Made by a program: the position numbers and the translations under genes | Shown: positions 51,929-64,000 of the stretch, piece by piece | Position numbering within the stretch: position 1 is the first letter of the stretch | Layout: every line of letters starts with the position of its first letter | The notes under the pieces: model-generated | Databases searched by the model: none | Seen by the model: the letters and a program-made list of their open reading frames with translations, nothing else | Told to the model about the DNA's origin: nothing | From: Eledone cirrhosa | Taxonomy: Eukaryota | Length of the DNA stretch: 64,000 nucleotides | Direction of reading: 5' to 3' | NCBI GenBank assembly: GCA_964016885.1 | Contig: OZ024747.1 | Location: 59,830,001 to 59,894,000 of the forward strand

Positions 51929-53351
51929 AAGGATTCAGGGCCCAACGCCTGAGCTCCTGTCATTTCAACAGCTAGTTCTGAATCTTTCATATCACCTACT
52001 ATACTACCCCAAGTATCGAGTACTCTGGTGAGTAATGGTCTAACAGTATTTTAATGTACCCATTCTGAACCTTATTGAGTGCTTTGTTGCACATTCCTGA
52101 TTGTATGTCGTTAGCTTGGCCACAGCCAAAACTTCGATTTTACTGAACTTCCATTTGTATATATATTTATAGATAGATAGATGTATTTATGTATATGTGT
52201 GTTTCAAAAGATAAAGTTATAGAGAAATGTGAAGCTATTGATGGATTTATGATTTGAATAAAATATTTCATTGAAATACTACATTAGTTCCAAGGTAGGA
52301 TTTCTCCAAGTGTTGTCTGTATTTTTCCATGGGGAAAGATAAGTAAGGCTATATGAATGTGTGTACGATTGAAATTCCATGTGAATATCTTCTGGCTACA
52401 GTACTGTTTTGTTCAACTACAATGCATATTTACACTGCCAGTAGCCTTCTTTAATTTCTCTCACAGGAAGAGAGAGAATAAAAAACGAAACTACATCTCT
52501 AAATAGAATGCTAGAGAATTTTCTATTGAAGTTCTTCAATTTGCTAGTACTGTGTAAGGGAATCTCAATATCATCATCATCTTCCTTTTATGTTCTCCTT
52601 TGCACCTTAATACATTCCATAATGGCATGTTTCTATGGATGGATACTCTTCTTAATGCCAACCAACTTACAGAGTATACTGGATCTATATTATGATGGCA
52701 CCAACATTTATATAAAGTTGATTTTCATCAACACCATCATTGTTAATTTGAAACATTTTTTTCTGAAAATTGTTATCATTGAATCCCTGTCATTTAGAGC
52801 CCCAAAAGAAATTTAAAAACCAGAAGTTGTCTGCTTTTGTGATGGATAGACGGGGTGCCTCTCAAAATTCCAGAGTTCCATTTTTAGTTTTTGTTTTTTT
52901 ATTTACCTTTAGGGTGTATCAGATATTCATACCCCCTCCCCTTAGTCTCCAGGATCCAGAAATAACAACACACCTTCTCTGGTAGGCTCCATTGTAACCA
53001 TTATCAACCCAACTGTAATGTAATGACCCATTTGTTTTTAAAGCTCAAGTTCATAATTTTATACCAGATGGATTTCCACAGAGAGAAAGGAATTAAAATT
53101 TTGGTAAAAATAAAAAAAATTTTAGTTCCAGAGTCTTGTCTTTCTTATTTTGCACATAGAAATCTTTCAGAAATAGTCTAAATGTCAACTTATTTATGCT
53201 TCTACTCCTATTAAAAGAAGGCTTTCCAACAACAATAATATTTACAGTTCAGGTGGTAGCATTTATCAGACTCAGTGGAACACTGAAGTAGGTCTTTCTT
53301 TTTGTATATCCTGTTTTCAGCTGTGAAGGTATGACTTATACAAATGTATAG

Positions 53352-53526
53352 AGGTAAAATTCCATTATAACGAATACTATCATAAATAATTTTTCAGTAT
53401 AACGAAATTTTTTCAATCCCTGGTCACATGCTCGATGTGTTTCAGTTGATCTTGTTATAAAGAATTTTTCGTTACAACAAATTTTTTTATACCCTGTGAA
53501 TTTCAAGATATATGATGTTTCTTGTA
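53352..53526. mobile_element. Decayed pogo/Tigger-type MITE
   Basis: Subterminal ATAACGAA motifs on the left and TTCGTTA/TTGTTAT on the right; TIRs eroded. Confidence 0.4.
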
Positions 53527-54273
53527 AGATAACAACTTTAGCAGATATTCTTTGTTAAGAACAAATCACACTAGCTAGTATTATTTGATCTGGAGAAGAC
53601 CATTGATAGTGTCTTTTGTTGTGTAGTCTGGTACATTCTGAGAAAAATTAGATAGAGATAAAAGACTTACGATAACTCTGCAAGAATGCCACAAGAAAGT
53701 TTACTCATGTATTTTGGGGTTCAAATCTCAGTAGGGGTGTCTCTATCTTTCATGCCTTTAAGGTTGATAAAAATGTCTAGCATATTATGAATAGAATGAA
53801 TCAAATAAACAGGTCTTCTTGTGCCCTGCAAAGAACTAGTCACTATAATTGTGATATTACAAGTAGCATCACTCCTGCCATTATTAAATTAGTCAAATAT
53901 GCCTCCCCACACACACAAACATACCACGCACAGATGCACACACATACACAAAGTTGTCAGTTAATTAGAGCAATCAGCTCCTTGCAATTGGTCTTTCAAA
54001 GCTAATTGCTGCAACAGTGTGGGAAATTTCAGTATTTCACATGAAAACATGATTTCATTTTCCTGATTGAGTTATAAAGTCATGAATTCATAATTTCAGT
54101 GAATGAAATTATGTGTGGTCTAGTTGTGTGTGTGTTTGTGTGTGTGTGTGTGTAAGTTCTACGAAAATAAATTCCATTCTGCTACTTTTCTATTGACAAG
54201 CCTGTTGATGATTGTCCTGAGCAAGAAATTAAGAGTTATGCATAAGTAGTTGATTTTTAATGTATTGTATGTA

Positions 54274-54316
<43 letters not shown>

Positions 54317-54618
54317 GTGAAATGGCAGTGATTAAGATGTCTGATGGAATACTTTATGGTATTTGTCCCACCTCATTGCGTTCTGTCAGTTCAAATCCGG
54401 CAGTAATCAACTTTGCTTTTCATTCTTCAAGGCCAATAAAAAAAAGTACCAGTCCAGTACTGGGGTCGATACTTTCTCTATTGAGAAAATCGGCTGTGTT
54501 CAGACCTGGAGAGGGTTGGGCTCCACCAGGTTTTAAAAGTGCCCCAGACACACCGTATGACGGTGCCTCTACGACTCCGCAAGGTGTTATGGGATCTTTA
54601 TCCTTTTATATATATATA

Positions 54619-54735
54619 TGAGGAAGGGCTTATGCCCGAAACATCGTCCCCCACCAACACCCCACTCTCCAGAGCGTGAAATTAATAAACATTCGTTGTA
54701 CTGCCTCTCTGTTTTGTCCCTGTTCAAATTTTTCC

Positions 54736-54740
<5 letters not shown>
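54619..54740 (+). mobile_element. Truncated hammerhead-bearing element in (TA)n (related to 3222-3340, 9981-10085 and 18372-18455)
   Basis: TGAGGA-A-GGGC-ttat-GCCC-GAAA-CATC-GTC followed by GCGTGAAATTAATA, similar to (G/T)AAACTAATA downstream of the other copies. Confidence 0.6.
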
Positions 54741-54772
<32 letters not shown>

Positions 54773-55074
54773 TCGTCATTACCGTTTAACATCCATTTTT
54801 CTATGCTTGGATGAGTCAGACAGGTTGTCCGTGTCGAGGGACATGTCTGGCCAGGATTGGCTACACCGTACCTTGCTCTGACTGAACTGTAAATTTGGCC
54901 AGGGTTTTTACAGCTGGCTGCCCTTCCTAACAACAACCACATTTACAGCTGGCTTACCTGGTTTTCAGTAGATTCGTGGTTTACTGAGAAAGGTGCTAAA
55001 ATCAGCACTCTATGCTAAGGTAGAGAATATATATTAAAAACAAAGTAAGGTTATTTATATATGTTTGATGTGAG

Positions 55075-55360
55075 TGTGCTCTGGTGGATGTGTAGAAGCA
55101 ATATGTATGAATGTAGAATGTAGAAGCATTAATGAACTAAGAGAAAAGCTGAGCATAAGAGGGATCAGATGCTGTGTACAAGAGAGATGACTATGCTGGT
55201 ATGGACATGTGATGTGTATAGAGTTAGTGGAAACTGTCGAAAAGGTAGATCAAGAAAACCTTGAGATGATGTGGTAAAGGTTGACTTCAGAATACTAATA
55301 CTTATGAAGGCGATGACATAGGACTGAATCAACTGGTGATATACAGTATTATTGAAAAGC
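55075..55360 (+). pseudogene. Decayed RTE ORF 3' fragment
   Basis: SINELREKLSIRGIRCCVQER*LCWYGHVM, same family as 5580-6680. Confidence 0.8.
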
Positions 55361-56253
55361 TAGATGAAACAATCATGGTGAGGATAGCAATATAAAGAAA
55401 AGAGGTGTAACATCATCTCCCCACTCCACTTCACAATCTAATCTCTCTCATCTAGTCTTTCCACTCACACACGGTATTCCCCCCCCCCCCCACACACTAC
55501 ATTACTCTTCCACAACGTACATCTGTGATTCCTCCATGTCTACTCCAAGCCATCACGAAAAGATGGCCACACCTCCACAATGCACTGCCAGATTTTGTTT
55601 GCTCACAATGTCTCCAAGACCACCCCCACAACCCAATACTTATTCCCCCCACTCACATTCCTTGAATTCCCCATTCACTGTCCAACCACACCAGCATGGA
55701 AAGGTGAGTGCACTCTACAATGTCCTGCCAGACATACCTTTCACGCCACTTCTCCCTCCCTCCCTCGGCAAGCAATATGTAAACTAACCTCTGCTCTCAA
55801 CCCATCCCCACTCTCATCACACTATTTTCTCCAAACCATTTCTATCATTGACTTCCCAGCCCGACCAAGAGGATACATATGCCACAGCGTCCAAAGGTGG
55901 TTGTGCTGGTGCCACAATAAAATGCACTTGGCTTACACCATCAAGTGTTATTACTGGCTCTGATACTAGCACACAGATCAATAAAACTGCTCTGCATGCT
56001 CTTGTCCAGTGTTTACTGGATTCATTACTGATTCTTGGAGTTTTGTCAAACAGCTGTAGTCACATGATGGACAAATCCAGCTATTGGCTGGCTCCATCAT
56101 AACCCCACCCTCTACTTCTTTTGTCTAGAAAAGGCAGGTAGTTTTCCTCTGTCTGGTAGCTATGGCTGGCAAAAAAAGGTTGTGGTGGATGAGCTTGAAA
56201 GGACTGAATGCACACATTCCTCTTCCGCCCAGCCCTCATTGACTTTTTAAAGG

Positions 56254-56625
56254 TCCACTTGGAAAGAAAAGGGAAGGGGAACGAGGGAGGTGTAGTCCTC
56301 CTAGTATGTATTTTAAATAGGTGAGTGAATGTAGTATGGCCGAACGGTGTGAGGCTATTACAGCCATGTGGCTATATCCATTTGGAAAGAAAAATGAAGA
56401 GGAACGAAGGAAGTGTTGTCCCCTCGTATATACTGTTTTAATATGTGAGTGAATGTAGTGAGTAGGGCCCAAGTGTGTGAGGCTAATGTAACCATGTGAC
56501 TGTATCCACTTGAAAAGAAAAGTGAGGGGAGAAAAGAAAGTGCTGTCCTAGTATATATTTTAATAGGTAAGTGAATGTAGTGAGTAGGGTCCAACTGTGT
56601 GAGGCTATTCTACCCATGTGGCTCT
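56254..56625. repeat. ~125-bp diverged tandem repeat (3 copies)
   Basis: Anchors TCCA(C/T)TTG(G/A)AAAGAAA, GTGAATGTAGT and GTGTGAGGCTA each recur three times. Confidence 0.8.
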
Positions 56626-56953
56626 AGGCTGAAGAAAATAGGGAGGAGAGAGGACACTTGCCTGTAGAATCCTTGGGGGTTGGGATGATCTGACAACTGT
56701 AGCGTTCCTTAATTGCCTCTGGGTGGTGCTCCCTCATATTGAAGAATTCTAATATCATCAATTTGTTATTTGTTACCTGATTTTTGTTTTTTTGCTTACA
56801 AATCTATATGTAAAAAACTCACCATCCCTGTTGTACAGCTCAGTGATTTCGGTGCCAGTGGTCAATAAAGATATTATTATCATTATATCAAAAACCATTA
56901 TTATTATTGGCAGCATCGGTAGAGCGTCAGACGTCAGACGCCATGCTTTACAG

Positions 56954-59797
<2,844 letters not shown>

Positions 59798-59805
59798 CTT
59801 TACAG

Positions 59806-60825
59806 CATAGAGTTATGGCCCTTTGCGTTCTGAGTTCAAATCCCGCCGAGCTTAACTTTGCCTTTCATCCTTACAAGGTCGATAAAATAAAGTACCAGTA
59901 ATGCTCTGGGATAATTGCTGGCCTTGTGCCAAAAGTAGAAACAATTATTATTGGGCGGTGGTTTGACAGAATCGGTAGAGCGCCGGACAACATGTTTTGT
60001 TACAGCCTTTTAATTTCTGAGTTTGTTAAATCTTGTTAAGGTTAGCTTTGCCTTTCATCCTTATAGGGTTGATAAAATAAAGCACCAGTAATGTATTGGG
60101 GTTGATATAATCAACTTTCTCACCCCACCATTATTATCAAGGGCGGGGGATTGGCAGTATCGGTTGGGCATCGGACAAGATGCTTTGCAGCATCGTTACA
60201 ACCCTTTATGTTCTAAGTTCAAATCTCGCCGAGGTTAGCTTTGACATTCATCATTACAGGGCCAATAAATAAAGCATCTGTAATACACTGGGGGTAGGCG
60301 ATTTAATCAACTTTCTCATTCCCCTCCCTCCTAAATTGTTGGTTGTGTGTCTAAGTCAGAAACCACCATTATCATTTTTATTTATGAGGGTGGTGGATTG
60401 GCAGTATCGGTAGAGAGTCGGATGCCATGCTTTACAGCATAGAGTTACGCCCCTTTATGATCTGAGTTCAAATCCCACCAAGATTAACTTTGCCTTTCAT
60501 CTTTACGGGTCGTAAAAATAAAGTACCAGTCACGCACTGGTGTCGATTTAATCGACTTTCCCCTCCACCAAAATTGCTGGCCTTGTGCCTATATAAGAAA
60601 CCATTATTATTATTTATGTTTATTATTTATGAAGGGCGGTGGATTGGCAGTATCGGTAGAGGGTCAGACACCATGCTTTCCAGCATAGTTACGTCCCTTT
60701 ACGATCTGAGTTCAAATCCCGTTGAGGTTAACTTTGCCTTTCGTCCTTACGGGGTCGATAAAATAAAGTACTAGTAATGCACTGGGTAATTTGCTGGCCT
60801 TGTGCCTAAAGTAGAAACAATTATT
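59806..60825 (+). mobile_element. Head-to-tail cluster of five family A SINEs
   Basis: Copies at ~59806-59950, 59953-60130, 60141-60370, 60388-60610 and 60633-60825, all + strand, joined by short ATT-rich tails. Confidence 0.88.
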
Positions 60826-61257
60826 TATGTTTTTTAATATGAATTTTTTTCTTTTCAATGTTTTTCATATTTCATGTTTTCTCTCCTTTATTAAAACGTA
60901 ATCTTTATGGTTTAAATTAAAATATATTAATCAAACCCAACATTATTAAACATTTCCAGATCATTTTCGGCAATAAGAATATGGGAAGAAAAAATAAAAA
61001 TAAATGATTAAAAATAACAAAAATAATCACAAAAACGTGTAAGATACATTAAGTCATTGCCATATTAAATTGACACACAAAAAATTATAAATAAATAAAT
61101 AATGATTTAAATTAAAATGAAATTATGTGAAATAGAAGTTAGTTTTTTCCCTCTGCTTTTCTCTAATAGCTATAATAAAACAGGGAAATAAAATTTCACT
61201 TTTCAATTACTCAAAAGGTTACTCAACTACTCCTATTTTATATTTTTTTTTTTTTTG

Positions 61258-61310
<53 letters not shown>

Positions 61311-62670
61311 CCTCTCTTTCTCTCCCTCTCTCCCTCTCTTTCTCTCCCTCTCTTTCTCTTTCTCTCTCTCTCTCCCTGTTTCTCTCTCTCTCCCCCCTCT
61401 CTCCCTCACTCTCTTTTTATTCCTCTACCTCTCTCTCCCCCTCTCTCCCCTTCTCTCTTCCTCACTGTCTCTCTTTCTCTCTCTCTCTGTCTCTCTATCA
61501 CACCCCACTCTCTCTCTCTCTCCCCCAACCCACTCTCTCTCTCCCCCAACCCACTCTCTCTCTATCTCCCCCCCTCTCCATCCTCTTTCCTTCACTCTCC
61601 CTCATTCTCTCTACCCCCTCTCCCTCACTCTTTCTCTTTCTCTCCATCCTCTCTCCTTCCCTCTCCCTCCCTCTCCCTCTCTTCATCATATTCTTATTTG
61701 TTTTTCTTCTTTTTACTTTAAACTTTTATTGTTTAGCAATATAAAAAAAAATTTTTTCAGCAGTTCCATATTTTGTTGTTTTTTTTTTTTCATCCTTTTT
61801 GTCAAATTCTTCCCATTTAAAATGGCACCAGTAGTTTTAAGATGAGGAAATTTTCAGTTTGTAGAGAAAGAAATCTTGATTGTTTTTAGATTAAGCACAT
61901 CTTCTATCTTCATGATTGTTGATATCTCAATTAAAATTTTAGAATCATTCAATAAAACTCTATAAGAGAAAATATTCTTCATTTACTGATTGTTGTTGTT
62001 ATTAGTTTTACTGCTTTTGTTGTTGTTGTTCTTGTTGCTGTTGTTAATGTTGTTGTTGTTGTTCTTGTTGTTGTTCTTGTTGCTGTTGTTACTGCTTTTG
62101 TTGTTGTTCTTGTTGCTGTTGTTAGTTTTTGTTGTTGTTGTTCTTGTTGTTACTGCCCTTTGTTGTTGTTGTTGTTCCTGCTGTTTTTTACTGCTTTTGT
62201 TTTCTGTTGCTGTTGTTAGTGCTTTTGCTATTGTTGTTCTTGTTGGTCTTGTTGTTATCATGGTTGTTGTTGTTGTCCTTTTTGTTAATGATTTAGTGTT
62301 GGTGTTGTCATTGTTGAGATTATTATTATTGTTGTTATATTTGCTGTTATCTATTTAATATTTTACCAATGTTGTTGTTGTTGTTGCTTTCCTGTTGATA
62401 TTGCCGTTGTTGTGCTTATTGTTGTTGCTGTTACTGTTGTTTTGTTAATGTTTAACTGTCAATATCGTTGTTGTGATCATTATTGCTGTTCCTCAAACAA
62501 AAAAGAGCAACAACATACAACTCATGTTTTGCTTTCTTATTCTGTATTCATTTGAAGTAGTTTTAATAAATCAACAACAGAAGACAAACAGTTAGGAATG
62601 AAGGAAATAACATTTTATTTTGGTGATAAATACAGTTTATAGTTAGCACTAATAGCTGTGGGTGAGAGGA

Positions 62671-62826
62671 GGACTCCTGTTGATGGCTTTAATATCAAAT
62701 TGGTTATAATTCTAGGACTTTTGTTGATGGTTATAATAAATTGGTTATAATTCTAGGACCCTCGTTGATGGTTATAATAAGTTGGGTAAAATTTTAGGAC
62801 TCTTGTTGACGGTTATAATAAATTGA
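62671..62826. repeat. 41-bp tandem repeat (~3.5 copies)
   Basis: AAATTGGTTATAATTCTAGGAC...GTTGATGGTTATAAT. Confidence 0.8.
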
Positions 62827-63432
62827 GGGGGCAGGGAAGTCGATTACATTAACTCCAGTTCATGGCTACTTCTTTATTTTATCGACCCCAGAAGAATGAA
62901 AGGCAAAGTTGAGCCCAGTAAGATTTTAATTCAGAATGTAAAAAGCCAGAACAAATACCGTGAGGCATTTTGTTTGCTGCTCTTACAATTCTGCCAATTC
63001 TTTGCCCAAATGATGGCTTTTATAATGATTGGTAATAGTTCTAGATTAGAGGAGGACACTCATTGTAGTCACAATAAATTTGGTAATCATTAACAATGAT
63101 TTTTTGGTGCTATATTTATTTCTAGGTGGGTACAGATTATAATCAATTGATTCTTCCCTCAAATTTCAATGTTACCTTCTTAAATTAGCCATCTAATCCC
63201 CTTTAAAAACTAGAATGATGTAGAAATAACAGGTTTCCTTAAAACATTATTTCAGGTGAGGAGTTGATTTGCCAAGAATGACTAAAGATTGTAGTTTTGT
63301 GTAGCACCTATCTTTCAGAACTCTTTTTAGTATAGAGGAGAACAAAAGTACCTATGTCAAGAAGACACTCGACAAAAGACAGAAACACTACTGAAGGAAG
63401 AGGAAAAACAAACAACAACAATAATAATAATA

Positions 63433-63605
63433 ATTGTTTCTACTTTTGGCACAAGGCCAGCAATTACCCAGAACACTACTGGTACTTTATTTTATCGACC
63501 CCATAAGGATAAAAGGCAAAGTTAACCTCGGCGGGATTTGAACTCAGATCGTAAAGGGACGTAACTATGCTAGAAAGCATGTCTGACCCTCTACCGATAC
63601 TGCCA
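63433..63605 (-). mobile_element. Family A SINE
   Basis: Reverse complement of the consensus; another copy at 63868-64000 (-) runs off the window end. Confidence 0.88.
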
Positions 63606-63619
63606 AAAAATATGTTAAG

Positions 63620-63868
63620 TCATCTCTGCAAGAGATACAGAAAATAGTGCTGACTGGCACTGCCCATGTCCTGAGAAGGGCATCATCAATTTAAAAACCT
63701 TGCAAAGACATTTACTGTTGTTTATGCTCTTCTGGGAACATTTTTATGACAATTGATTGTAAAATGTGTATATTATCAAATTTTGCCACAGGTGTCAGGT
63801 TGACACTTGACATGGTATGGGGAAGAAGCAGAATTCAAAGGAGAGTTTCAAATAATAATAATAATAAT
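63620..63868 (+). mobile_element. R4/Dong-clade LINE 3' end with (AAT)n tail
   Basis: SSLQEIQKIVLTGTAHVLRRASSI* (63620-63694) matches the remembered R4/Dong C-terminal LQK...GTA.ILR motif; UTR contains GACACTTGAC and ends in (AAT)n. Confidence 0.68.
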
Positions 63869-64000
63869 TGTTTCTAGTTTTGGCACAAGGCCAGCAATTA
63901 CCCAGTACATTACTCGTACTTTATTTTATCGACCCCCGTGAGGATGAAAGGCAAAGTTAACCTCGGCGGGATTTGAACTCAGATCGTAAAGGGACGGAAC

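Overview
Repeat-saturated, AT-rich animal DNA, most consistent with an octopus (coleoid cephalopod) genome. This is inferred from the dense (AT)n/(AC)n/(ATAC)n microsatellites and the tRNA-derived SINE, RTE, CR1, Penelope, Tc1, hAT and piggyBac content. The only recognisable host coding sequence is one 95-bp + strand exon (33426-33520) of cytosolic carboxypeptidase 6 (AGBL4/CCP6), so most or all of the window is probably giant intron. Nearly all ORFs in the supplied track are microsatellite artefacts; real coding remnants are decayed TE ORFs (RTE, CR1, R4/Dong-like, two Penelope-like elements, Tc1 transposase). The most striking unannotated signal is about ten minimal type I hammerhead ribozyme motifs (intact, decayed or half) from several unrelated sequence families. 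Two of them have unusually long (85-95 nt) stem II insertions. Many lie in short fold-back insertions built as inverted arm / body / arm + tail and embedded in (TA)n, and one such insertion still carries a Penelope GIY-YIG endonuclease remnant. Other observations are three satellites born inside TE bodies, a 7.5-kb frame-preserving (TTPTATTI)n array, inverted SINEs bracketing the AGBL4 exon, and a 2.8-kb hAT element with an 8-bp TSD that splits a SINE. Everything was read by eye: no alignment, folding or database search was run, family assignments rest on remembered motifs, and boundaries are approximate to a few bases.
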